A stretch of DNA of 64,000 nt from Nostoc sp. DedSLP01 (GTDB lineage Bacteria; Cyanobacteriota; Cyanobacteriia; Cyanobacteriales; Nostocaceae), in NCBI GenBank assembly GCA_034530875.2, contig JAVRCJ020000010.1:128001-192000 (forward strand), given 5' to 3'. Of this stretch, positions 1-8,765 are shown piece by piece (within the stretch, counting starts at the first letter, position 1; each line of letters begins with the position of its first letter). The translations under genes and the position numbers were made by a program. The notes below the pieces were generated by a model, which was not told the DNA's origin, did no database searches, and was given only the letters and a program-made list of their open reading frames with translations.

Positions 1-747
1 CCGATTTATGGGGCTGGAATGCTCGTTGCCGGATTTGATGATATCCCATACGTAGCCATGCCCTACAATCAATCATACTATCCAAACCAATTAGAATCCT
101 TGGGCTTCAAAAAAGCTAAAGACTATAGGGCCTTCAGAATTCAAGGAGAACTGACTATCCCTGAGTTCTTGACAAAAAATGCCCAAAGGTGGAGGAATAA
201 ACGAATCACCTATCGCCAGTTGAATTTGTATAAGCTTGCGCAAGAATCTAACCTGCTTTGCGACCTCTACAATGATGCTTTTGCGGGTGAATGGGGGTAT
301 ATCTGCATTGAACCCTTGGAATTTTATCAATTGGTGTTGGATTGGGTGAAGGTAATTGACCCTCGACTATTTCTGTTTGTGCTTGTAGACGGTAATCCTG
401 TTGGTTTTGGTATGCTCATACCAGATGTTTTTCAAACTATGCATGAGAGCAAAACTTTAGTGGGATTACTACGGTATTTAGGGCGACGTATCTTCACTTT
501 AGGGCGTGAAAATGGAATTACGCGTTACCGTTTAGATAACTTGTGCATTCGCAAAAAATATCAATCTTTGGGTTTAGGAGTTCTCCTTTGGTGGCAGATA
601 ATGCAACAGTATTTGGCTTCTAACTATAGCGAAATTGAGTTTTCACCAATTTTAGAAGATAACATCATGGCTCAAACACTATTACTCAAACTTGAGGCTA
701 AACGTTCCAAAGTTTATCGAGTTTTTGAAAAATCTTGGTGTAATTAA
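1..747 (+). CDS. GNAT-family N-acetyltransferase-like protein (YghO-like), 5' end outside the window
   Basis: The frame is open from base 1 (PIYGAGM...). Family-typical motifs are MPYNQSYY, YNDAFAGEWGY, the acetyl-CoA-binding-like KKYQSLGLG, and ILEDN...KVYRVFEK. Confidence 0.65.
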   Translation, partial: PIYGAGMLVAGFDDIPYVAMPYNQSYYPNQLESLGFKKAKDYRAFRIQGELTIPEFLTKNAQRWRNKRITYRQLNLYKLAQESNLLCDLYNDAFAGEWGYICIEPLEFYQLVLDWVKVIDPRLFLFVLVDGNPVGFGMLIPDVFQTMHESKTLVGLLRYLGRRIFTLGRENGITRYRLDNLCIRKKYQSLGLGVLLWWQIMQQYLASNYSEIEFSPILEDNIMAQTLLLKLEAKRSKVYRVFEKSWCN

Positions 748-813
748 TTATCAGAATTTAGGAGTCATAATTACAATCAATACTACTCACTTTGTGCATT
801 TTGAACTCAGAAT

Positions 814-897
814 TTGGTTTGGGGAAAATGTTACTGGGGTTGGGTTAAAGGTTTTTTCTTTCCCTTTTCCCCTTCCCCTTTTTCCTTTAACCTTTCC
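814..897. repeat. Degenerate inverted STRR-like tandem repeat array between convergent genes (possible bidirectional terminator)
   Basis: A G-rich arm (ggggaaaatg...gggttaaagg) is followed by a C/T-rich arm of about 7-mers (cccttttcc ccttcccc tttttcc tttaacc tttcc). Confidence 0.45.
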
Positions 898-904
898 AAG
901 AGCT

Positions 905-2071
905 TTAAAATATATCCGCAGGGTCAGCTTTGCTTAATTTATTAACCGCAATTCCTCCAGAAATAAAACACATGATAACTGTCAACAACAGCACAACAAT
1001 AGCGCGGCTAGTTGTCATCATAATTGGTAATCTGGTAGCTAATTGGGCAAAATGATACATTCCCAAAGAGAGAGCACAACCTGGGATGAAGCCGATGAAT
1101 GCTAAAATCAATGATTCTTGAAAAATGACAAGTATTAAGTAGCGATCGCTATATCCCATTGCTTTTAATGTCGCGTATTCTGGTAAATGATCCGAGACAT
1201 CAGCATATAGAATTTGGTAAACAATCACTGTACCAACGATAAAAGCCACTATCGAACCTAATCCAAATATAAATCCGATAGGAGTAGCATTTGCCCAATA
1301 TTCTTTCTCTCGCGCAGCTAATTCGTGTTGTGTCAACACCAGAACATCTGATGGCAAAACTCTTTGTATATTTGCTTTTACCTGTTCGATATCTGCATCT
1401 GATTTCAGCCTGATTAGACCTATATCAATTTGATCTGGCCGACGGTTAGGAAATAACTTCATAAAAGTTGATTCGCTAGTAATCAGGTTACCATCAGCGG
1501 CAAAAGATGCCCCTAAGCTAAATATTCCAGCTGCTTGAATCAAAACATTGTTAACTTCTGTTTCTATAGAGCCTGACCTTTGTACAAGTTCGGGGATTGG
1601 GCCGTATTCTGCTCGTCCTATTCGGTCAAATAAGACACGATTGAGCATTTTTAAGTCATCCAAATGTTGATTCACCTCTGGTAACTTAAAAGCAGAATTC
1701 GCTGGATCTATGCCAAAAATTAGAATGCGGCGATCCTTATGCGTAATAGGATTGCGCCACTGTCCAGAATCAATATATAGGTAGCTAACAGATGTCACAC
1801 CCTCAAATCCCGCAGCTTGATATAACCGTTGTGCGGAAAAACTCTTGACAGAAAAGACTGTTTCAAACTGGGGACTAATTAAGAAAAGATCGCCTTGTAG
1901 AGAATATTGGGGTCTAACAGCAGCATTGTAGAGCGCACTTCTAAACCCAAATTGTACAAACATCAAAATATCTGCAAATGCGATTCCCACAATCGCAACT
2001 GTCAAGCGAGTTTTTTCCCTCGACATTTGCAACCAAGCTAAGGGGGTTTTATAAAATAATTTACGCAACAT
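905..2071 (-). CDS. devC: ABC exporter permease, DevC family
   Basis: 388 aa with the hallmark DevC segments KTPLAWLQ, GIAFADILMFVQFGF, GASFAADGNLITS, YQILYADVSDHLPEYATLKAMGY and the C-terminal ADPADIF. Confidence 0.93.
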   Translation of the reverse strand: MLRKLFYKTPLAWLQMSREKTRLTVAIVGIAFADILMFVQFGFRSALYNAAVRPQYSLQGDLFLISPQFETVFSVKSFSAQRLYQAAGFEGVTSVSYLYIDSGQWRNPITHKDRRILIFGIDPANSAFKLPEVNQHLDDLKMLNRVLFDRIGRAEYGPIPELVQRSGSIETEVNNVLIQAAGIFSLGASFAADGNLITSESTFMKLFPNRRPDQIDIGLIRLKSDADIEQVKANIQRVLPSDVLVLTQHELAAREKEYWANATPIGFIFGLGSIVAFIVGTVIVYQILYADVSDHLPEYATLKAMGYSDRYLILVIFQESLILAFIGFIPGCALSLGMYHFAQLATRLPIMMTTSRAIVVLLLTVIMCFISGGIAVNKLSKADPADIF

Positions 2072-2410
2072 AAATGTAAATTTTTTGGCAAAAATAAGGG
2101 ATGGAGAATTAATTTGTAAAACAGGGACTATATTTTTTTGGTTTCACTTTTCCACAGAAGTGAAAATTCGGTATAAAAATTCATTATGTAAATTTTACCT
2201 ATCGTTGTACAGTTATATTGTTTTAATTGGAAAAAATAAAATTGTTTTTGGTGAATCTTTGATGAAGCAGCAGTGAATACTCTGAGATAATACTTAAAAA
2301 TTTTTACACAGGTAATTTCCACTATGTAAGTTGGTTTAACATTCGATGAATGCATCGTGCATTAGGGTAGCGATCGCTATAAATTTGTACAAAGCCAAGG
2401 GTATTCAATT

Positions 2411-3433
2411 ATGGTTACCAAATGCGGACTAACACTAGGTAAATATGCACCTCTGCACAAAGGACACCAATTTGTGATTGAGACGGCTTTAGCAGAGATG
2501 GATGAAGTAGTAGCGATAATTTATGATTGTCCGGAGGTGACTCCCATTCCTTTAACGGTTCGCGCTAACTGGCTGCGAAAACTTTATCCTACGGTTCGGG
2601 CGATCGAGGCGTGGGATGGGCCAACAGAGGTTGGCGATACGCCTGAAATTAAGAAAAAGCATGAAGAATATATCTTGAAAAAATTAGAATCAAAAAGGAT
2701 TACACATTTTTACTGTAGTGAATTTTATGGCGAACACGTAAGCCAAGCATTGGGAGCAGTTAACCGAATTGTAGATAGCGATCGCAAAATTTTTCCAATT
2801 TCTGGAACACAAATCAGACAAAATCCTTATGCTTTTAAGGAATATTTACATCCTGATATTTATTGCGACCTAATTACTAACGTTGTTTTTCTAGGCGCTC
2901 CCTCGACTGGTAAAACGACTATTGCATCAGAATTAGCAAAAGAGTACAAAACTGTATGGATGCCAGAATACGGGCGCGAATATTGGGAAAAATATCAAAT
3001 AGAAAGACGCCTTTCGCTCTTGCAACTTGTAGAAATTGCTCAAGGGCATTTAGAACGTGAAAAAACTTTATTATTACAAGCAAACCAATACTTGTTTACA
3101 GATACTAACGCACTAACAACCTATCAATTTTCTTTGTACTATCACAAAACTGTTGCTCCAGAGTTAATAAAACTAGCACATCAAGCTGTATCCCGCTATG
3201 ATTTAGTATTCCTTTGTGATACGGATATACCTTACGATGATACTTGCGATCGCTCTGGAGAAGCAAACCGCAATATATTCCAAAAACAAATTAAGAGCGA
3301 TTTAATTACTAGAAAAATTCCTTTCTTTACTTTGTCTGGGAATCTAAATACACGCATTAATTTTGTGAAAAAAATATTGTCTTCTTATCAAAAGTATCAT
3401 AGTTTATTAGATTTATTGGTGAAATTCAATTAA
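2411..3433 (+). CDS. nadR: NadR-like bifunctional NMN adenylyltransferase / ribosylnicotinamide kinase, lacking the HTH domain
   Basis: N-terminal HxGH motif (GKYAPLHKGH) and ISGTQIR. C-terminal AAA_28-like kinase with Walker A GAPSTGKTT, PEYGREYWE and FTDT. Lies directly upstream of pnuC. Confidence 0.85.
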   Translation: MVTKCGLTLGKYAPLHKGHQFVIETALAEMDEVVAIIYDCPEVTPIPLTVRANWLRKLYPTVRAIEAWDGPTEVGDTPEIKKKHEEYILKKLESKRITHFYCSEFYGEHVSQALGAVNRIVDSDRKIFPISGTQIRQNPYAFKEYLHPDIYCDLITNVVFLGAPSTGKTTIASELAKEYKTVWMPEYGREYWEKYQIERRLSLLQLVEIAQGHLEREKTLLLQANQYLFTDTNALTTYQFSLYYHKTVAPELIKLAHQAVSRYDLVFLCDTDIPYDDTCDRSGEANRNIFQKQIKSDLITRKIPFFTLSGNLNTRINFVKKILSSYQKYHSLLDLLVKFN

Positions 3434-3434
3434 T

Positions 3435-4085
3435 ATGTTTGATTTTTGGAGTATTAATAATATTGCCTTCCAAGTTTTAGAGTATCCCATGAGTTATGTT
3501 GAACTTTTGGGAACTATTTTCTATTTGTGGTCAGTATGGCTAATTTCTAAAAAGAAAATTTTGACTTGGCCTGTTGGGATAGTCAGTGTATTGCTGTACA
3601 TGGTACTTTTCTATCAAATCCGCTTGTATTCGGACATGATAGAGCAAGTTTATTATTTAGGTGTTAGTGTTTATGGCTGGTGGCAATGGAATAGACCAGA
3701 ATCAGCTAGTGGCGAAATTTTCCATGTTAGATATAGTTATCCACGTACAATGATTTTGGCTGTTTCAGTAACAGTAGCAATTTCCTTGGCAATGGGAGCA
3801 TTAATGAGTCAAATTCATACAATACTGCCAGCACTATTTCCAGAGAAAGCTTCTTTTCCTTACTTAGATGCCCTCACAACAATTATGAGTTTTACTGCAA
3901 TGTGGCTAATGGCACAAAAGCGGATTGAAAGTTGGTATTACTGGATAGTAGTTGATATTATTGGCATTTGGTTGTATTACATGAAAGGAATTAAATTCGT
4001 TGCTTTACTTTATGTAATTTTGCTGTTTATGGCGATTAACGGTTTAATATCTTGGCTCAAGACAGCTAAAATTAGAAATATTTGA
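3435..4085 (+). CDS. pnuC: Nicotinamide riboside transporter PnuC
   Basis: Multi-TM protein of 216 aa with YGWWQW, PYLDALTT, AMWLMAQKRIESWYYWIVVD. It starts 1 nt after the nadR stop. Confidence 0.9.
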   Translation: MFDFWSINNIAFQVLEYPMSYVELLGTIFYLWSVWLISKKKILTWPVGIVSVLLYMVLFYQIRLYSDMIEQVYYLGVSVYGWWQWNRPESASGEIFHVRYSYPRTMILAVSVTVAISLAMGALMSQIHTILPALFPEKASFPYLDALTTIMSFTAMWLMAQKRIESWYYWIVVDIIGIWLYYMKGIKFVALLYVILLFMAINGLISWLKTAKIRNI

Positions 4086-4486
4086 ATTGATTTATAAAAT
4101 TCGATTCCAATCAGCTATCATATTTGGCAAATTTCTGAGGAATTTGGGTAATACCGTTTCTTTGTGATTACCTAGTTTCAAAACAGATGAAATATTTATT
4201 TGCAACTCCCTAAACTGACGGTGGTTTGTATGTTAACTCGCTTTTTGGCTCCAACTTTCGTAACACTATTAAACAATCGTAGTAAAATTGAAAGTCAGCT
4301 TTAATTGCTTCTAAATCTTCATTAAAAATGCGATCGCTACAAAAATGCATACCAAAAGCATCACGGGTATAGAGGATTTGGGTTTTGCGATCGCAAAAGC
4401 ACCATACTCATAATTTGCCCGTTGCCCTTGCATCTAATGCAGCACATCTTTTCGCATTGGCTGTTGACAGTTAACAATTAACATTT

Positions 4487-4588
4487 ATACCAATTCCAAA
4501 AATCTTTACAACACATCAAAAATCTGTAGGGGCACAAAGCTTTGCGCCCTTACGATACTTCTGCCTCATTCTCGTTTCAAATTGATAT
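4487..4588. mobile_element. MITE-like element with an internal REP-like palindrome
   Basis: Imperfect terminal inverted repeats ataccaatt (4487-4495) and aattgatat (4580-4588). Internal hairpin gtaggggcacaaagctttgcgcccttac at 4526-4553. It sits inside degenerate 7-mer repeats (tgacagt/taacaat/aacagtc). Confidence 0.55.
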
Positions 4589-4709
4589 TAACAGTCAGCA
4601 ATCAACAGCTTAGTTACTGTTCAAATCTTGTTATCTGCGTAATCTCATTCAGAGAAAAAACTTTTTACTAAAATTTTTGATAAAGTCAACGTTTAATTAC
4701 ATAGTTGAA

Positions 4710-4737
4710 TTGACTTTCCCAACCAAGTTGGTATAAT
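4710..4737 (+). promoter_or_regulatory. Near-consensus sigma70-type promoter upstream of the ModA-PEP-CTERM gene
   Basis: TTGACT (4710-4715), a 16-nt spacer, then TATAAT (4732-4737) preceded by an extended -10 TG (TGGTATAAT). Confidence 0.6.
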
Positions 4738-4756
4738 AATCCCAATCAAAAAAGTA

Positions 4757-4780
4757 AATGCGTATAAAAAAATACGCATT
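4757..4780. promoter_or_regulatory. Perfect palindromic operator-like site containing GTA-N8-TAC
   Basis: AATGCGTAT-aaaaaa-ATACGCATT, with 9-bp arms and a 6-bp spacer, about 20 nt downstream of the -10 box. The core GTAtaaaaaaaTAC fits the NtcA consensus. Confidence 0.55.
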
Positions 4781-4816
4781 CAATACTAATGAATAATTCA
4801 TAAAGTTTAAATGCTC

Positions 4817-4925
4817 ATACCGTTTCTTTGTGAAGTTGCATACATTTACTCTCCGGCTACGCCCCTTAGCAAGGGGTGACTATAGGGGGGTCTTGATTGT
4901 GTAGATCTTCATACAGAATTGGTAT
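4817..4925. mobile_element. MITE-like element (about 109 bp)
   Basis: TIRs ataccgtttctttgtgaag (4817-4835) and cttcatacagaattggtat (4907-4925) match at 15 of 19 positions. Internal hairpin ccccttagcaagggg. A solo copy of the left end (ataccgtttctttgtga) is at 4151-4167. Confidence 0.6.
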
Positions 4926-4989
4926 CAAATCAAATACTGTTTGAGCGTTGGTTAAGCTAATAGACATTTTTGAAAGTACATATATGCTT

Positions 4990-5040
4990 CTGTTGACTAT
5001 TGAGTATTAACTGTTGATAGTCAACTATCAGCAGTCAGCA
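4990..5040. repeat. Inverted STRR-type 7-mer array
   Basis: tgttgac/tattgag/tattaac/tgttgat followed by the complementary gtcaact/atcagca/gtcagca. Confidence 0.5.
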
Positions 5041-5183
5041 AACCTGACGAGTGACTATGCAATAAATACACCAGAGTTCAGACTTAGCTTGTAGTTTACC
5101 AATTTGAAATCTGCTCTATGTGTTTTAGCTTACCAAAAACAAAATAAGTAATTTTTTCCTTACTCATGGATGATTAAAAAATC

Positions 5184-6104
5184 ATGAAAAAGCATTTGCT
5201 TGCCGCTTCACTAACTATATTTGCTGTTCATATTACCCTAATGAAACAGACTTTAGCAGCTACACTAGCTACACCCCCTGAGGTGACTTTATATGCTGCT
5301 GGCAGTTTGAGGGGTGCGCTAACAGAGGTTGCTAGTGCTTTTACCCAGGAATTTGGTATTCCAGTCAGAACAGAATTTGCCTCTTCTGGTTCGTTGAAAG
5401 ATCGTTTGTTGGCAGGGGAAAAGGCAGATATCTTCGCTAGTGCCGATTTAGGTAATGCCATTACACTGAATCAAAATAACTTAAGTGGAGAAGTCAAAAC
5501 ATTTGCCAAAAATCCTATCTATGCGATCGCCACACCTAGAGTGTCGCTGACAACAGAGAATCTGCTCGATAAGTTTCTCGATCCCAATATTAAATTAGGT
5601 ATTTCTAAACCTGTAAGCGATCCGTTGGGAGATTATGGGATCGAAGTATTTCGCAAAGCTGACCAAATTCGTCCAGGCAGCTTTGCCCAACTCAATGGTA
5701 AAGCCGTAATCTTATCAGGAACATTGCCTCCACAGAGGAATAGTCCGGGGGGTAGTATAGTCTACTATCTGCAAGATATCAACAAGGCAGACATCTATTT
5801 GGTGTACTACACCAGTGCTTTATCTGCTCAACAAATTTCACCAAGTTTACAGATAGTAGAATTGCCAGATAGCTTAAAAACCCAAGCTGACTATGGTTTG
5901 ACAGTATTCAAGGATGCGAATCCTGGAGGTTCAAAACTAGCTGATTATATCCTTTCACCAACTGGACAAAAAATACTAGCAAAGTATGGATTTAATAGTC
6001 CTAAGTCAGTTCCCGAACCTCAAGGAGTTGGTGGAGTTTTACTTGGTCTGAGTGTAGCTTTTGCCTTGCAGAGAAAATTGGCTGCCAAACAGAAAAAAGT
6101 TTAA
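5184..6104 (+). CDS. Molybdate/tungstate-binding protein (ModA-like) carrying a C-terminal PEP-CTERM sorting signal
   Basis: Signal peptide, then YAAGSL, FASSGSL, ADIFASAD, DPLGDYG and YILSPTGQKILAKYGF. The protein ends in VPEPQGVGGVLLGLSVAFALQRKLAAKQKKV (VPEP, TM helix, basic tail). Confidence 0.85.
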   Translation: MKKHLLAASLTIFAVHITLMKQTLAATLATPPEVTLYAAGSLRGALTEVASAFTQEFGIPVRTEFASSGSLKDRLLAGEKADIFASADLGNAITLNQNNLSGEVKTFAKNPIYAIATPRVSLTTENLLDKFLDPNIKLGISKPVSDPLGDYGIEVFRKADQIRPGSFAQLNGKAVILSGTLPPQRNSPGGSIVYYLQDINKADIYLVYYTSALSAQQISPSLQIVELPDSLKTQADYGLTVFKDANPGGSKLADYILSPTGQKILAKYGFNSPKSVPEPQGVGGVLLGLSVAFALQRKLAAKQKKV

Positions 6105-6164
6105 GTGAGCGATGTCTATCTACAAGTAGCTTTGCTTCTATATACTCTCGCAAAGTAATCAATA

Positions 6165-6193
6165 TAGGTAAAAATTTTTATGATTTTTACCTA
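6165..6193. promoter_or_regulatory. Perfect 11-bp inverted repeat in the intergenic spacer (hairpin or protein-binding site)
   Basis: TAGGTAAAAAT (6165-6175), a 7-nt spacer, then ATTTTTACCTA (6183-6193). Confidence 0.4.
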
Positions 6194-6219
6194 AGATTCA
6201 TCAGATTTACAATTAAACC

Positions 6220-7515
6220 ATGCAAATTTTGATTTATTCCTATAATTATTATCCAGAGCCGATAGGAATAGCGCCTTTAATGACTGAACTAGCAGAAGGG
6301 TTGGTAAAGCAAGGTCATGAGGTACGGGTGGTCACTGGAATGCCTAATTATCCACAACGTCAAATTTACGAAGCTTATAAAGGAAAGTGGTATCTTACAG
6401 AAAAAATTAATGGTGTCACAGTTCAACGCAGTTATTTGCGAATTAAATCAAAACCTAATTTAATTGATAGGTTATTGTTAGAGTTAAGTTTCATTTTTAC
6501 TAGTTTACCCCAAGCTATTAAAGGCAAACGACCAGATGTCATTCTCCTAACAATACCACCATTATTAGTTACCTTGCCAGCAGCTTTACTAGGAAAAATA
6601 TATAAATGTCCTGTAGTTTTGAATGTACAAGATATTTTACCAGAAGCAGCTGTACGTGTTGGGTTAATAACAAATAAATGTATGATTTATTTTTGCCAAA
6701 TTTTAGAAAAATTTGGCTATCATCATGCCCAAAGTATTACTGCGATCGCTGATAGCTTTTTAGAGAATTTAGTCAACAAGCAAGTACCTCCAAACAAAAT
6801 TGTTTGTATTCCTAACTGGGTAAATATTAATTTTATTCACCCTTTACCAAAAGCGAATAACCCTTGGAAAATTTCCCATCAGTTAGATGGAAAATTTGTG
6901 GTTATGTACTCCGGCAATATTGCCCTGACGCAAGGTTTAGAAACAGTAGTAGCTGCGGCAGCACGTTTGCATCATATTACCGATATCACCTTTGTAATTG
7001 CTGGAGAAGCCCTCGCTCTTTGCAGATTACAAGAGTATTGTTTGTCTTGTAGAGCAAATAATGTTTTACTCTTACCATTACAACCGCGAGAACAACTACC
7101 ACAAATGCTAGCCGCAGCTGATGTGGGGTTGATTGTCCAAAAGCGAAATGTGATTTCCTTTAATATGCCTTCTAAAATTCCCCTACTGCTAGCGAGTGGC
7201 CGTCCAATAATTGGTTCTGTACCTGCAAACGGCACAGCTGCTAAAGCAATTCGAGAAAGCGGTGGAGGTATAATTGTCGAGCCAGAGTCAGCAGATGCTC
7301 TAGCTGATGCAGTGTTGAAGTTATATTACGATCGGCAGCTAACAGAGCAGTTAGGCAACAAAGGCAGACAGTTTGCTGTTGAACATTATGCTTTTGAAGA
7401 GGCAATTGCAAGGTATGAAACTGTATTTATGGATGCGATCGCCAAACGCACATCTATAGATAGTGCTTTAAAAATAAATTCCCCAGAATCAGTTGCTGAT
7501 AATCTTTTGATTTAA
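6220..7515 (+). CDS. Glycosyltransferase family 4, WcaI-like
   Basis: MQILIYSYNYYPEPIGIA, VTGMPNYPQ, NVQDILPEAA, MYSGNIALTQGLE and FNMPSKIPLLLASGRPI. Confidence 0.9.
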   Translation: MQILIYSYNYYPEPIGIAPLMTELAEGLVKQGHEVRVVTGMPNYPQRQIYEAYKGKWYLTEKINGVTVQRSYLRIKSKPNLIDRLLLELSFIFTSLPQAIKGKRPDVILLTIPPLLVTLPAALLGKIYKCPVVLNVQDILPEAAVRVGLITNKCMIYFCQILEKFGYHHAQSITAIADSFLENLVNKQVPPNKIVCIPNWVNINFIHPLPKANNPWKISHQLDGKFVVMYSGNIALTQGLETVVAAAARLHHITDITFVIAGEALALCRLQEYCLSCRANNVLLLPLQPREQLPQMLAAADVGLIVQKRNVISFNMPSKIPLLLASGRPIIGSVPANGTAAKAIRESGGGIIVEPESADALADAVLKLYYDRQLTEQLGNKGRQFAVEHYAFEEAIARYETVFMDAIAKRTSIDSALKINSPESVADNLLI

Positions 7516-7657
7516 AATTTTCTCCTGCTTACAACAAGGGTGTAGTCGGAATTCCAAATTACTAGCTAAATCCGGGAGCAATTTTTATCTCCATAAAGTT
7601 TATTTATGCAAACGACTTCACCCAACTAAGAACTCATACTTGATTTGTCATCAAAGT

Positions 7658-7699
7658 TTTACCAATTTATTTGGTAAATACCTACTTTACTGGTATAAT
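7658..7699 (+). promoter_or_regulatory. Promoter of the second modA, with a palindrome overlapping the -35 box
   Basis: TTGGTA (7671-7676), a 17-nt spacer, then TATAAT (7694-7699), again as extended TGGTATAAT. Palindrome TTTACCAA-N5-TTGGTAAA at 7658-7678. Confidence 0.5.
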
Positions 7700-7856
7700 C
7701 TCATCATTCTATCCTTTTTACTCTCTGTTTAGGTAAACCTACTGGAAAATATCAGTTTGTATTGTCGGAAATGCTTTGGGCGATTCCGACTCACTTATCT
7801 ATTTCCAGGTATCGAAGTATGGGAGTAATAGGGTTTTATTTCAAAATATGACTTTC

Positions 7857-8702
7857 ATGAACAGAAGAAAATTTGTTACTTGGATGGCTACGGCAGCTGC
7901 CAGCATGATGCTGGTAATAGGTTTGCAATTTGTCAATTTATCACCAGCAAAGTCTGCAACCACAGTTAATGTATATGCAGCTGTCAGCTTAACAAACGCG
8001 CTGAATGCTATTAAGACTCAGTACCAAAATGCTAATCCAGGTGTGACCATTAATTACACATTTGGAGCTTCTGGTACTTTGCTCAGTCAAATACAAGGAG
8101 GCGCAACGGCAGATATTTTTATCTCTGCTGCAACCGAACAAATAGATGTTTTGCAGAATGCAAGTAAATTGGTTGCAAATAGTCGTAAAAACATTGCCAA
8201 AAATCGTCTAGTTTTGATTGTTCCAACGACATCTCCCAGCCCTGGTAGTACTGCTCTTGCTAGCTTTAATGGCCTGACCAACGCCAACATTCGTGGCATT
8301 GCGATCGGTGACTACAAAGGTACTCCGCCACTTGTACCAGCAGGAAATTATGCCAAAGAAGTTCTCACTAGTCGGGGTATTTTTAATACTGTCAGTCCTA
8401 AACTATACCTGGCTAGCAATGTGCGTAACGTTTTAACTGCCGTTGAAAATAAAACTCTTGTTGTTGGAGGCGTCAATAAAACTATTGACGCAGGTATCGT
8501 TTATAAAACTGATGCTCTCACTTCTAACAAAGTAAGGGTCGTAAATACTTCTTTAACAACAGAGAGCGATCCGATTATTTACCCACTAGGTATACTCACT
8601 AGAACCACAGTTTTATCAACAGCACAGAGTTTTTCTAACTACTTAAGCAGTACTACCGCCCAGAGTATCCTCAGAAATAACTATGGATTCCTTGCACCTT
8701 AA
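7857..8702 (+). CDS. modA: Molybdate ABC transporter substrate-binding protein ModA
   Basis: MNRRKF signal peptide, then YAAVSL, FGASGTL, ADIFISAA, VPAGNYA, NVRNVL, DAGIVYKTDA and IIYP. The start is probably ATG 7857 (or 7848), not the TTG at 7776. Confidence 0.88.
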   Translation: MNRRKFVTWMATAAASMMLVIGLQFVNLSPAKSATTVNVYAAVSLTNALNAIKTQYQNANPGVTINYTFGASGTLLSQIQGGATADIFISAATEQIDVLQNASKLVANSRKNIAKNRLVLIVPTTSPSPGSTALASFNGLTNANIRGIAIGDYKGTPPLVPAGNYAKEVLTSRGIFNTVSPKLYLASNVRNVLTAVENKTLVVGGVNKTIDAGIVYKTDALTSNKVRVVNTSLTTESDPIIYPLGILTRTTVLSTAQSFSNYLSSTTAQSILRNNYGFLAP

Positions 8703-8765
8703 TGACTACAAAGTAAACCAATTAAGTTGTTGTCTTGAATTTTGAAGTATTTGGAGTTATGTCTT

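Noticed and set aside
2085..2355. Two short ORFs between devC and nadR
   Set aside because: AT-rich divergent promoter region, and the translations have no protein-like features.
4311..4433. 40-aa minus-strand ORF with a hydrophobic C-terminus (MQGQRANYEYG...VMLLVCIFVAIAFLMKI)
   Set aside because: Short, with no recognisable family or clear RBS. It may be real, but I cannot support it.
4762..4806. Classical NtcA-activated promoter (GTA-N8-TAC followed by TAN3T)
   Set aside because: The nearest TAN3T (TAAAGT at 4801) is 25 nt away rather than about 22, and a better promoter lies upstream of the site.
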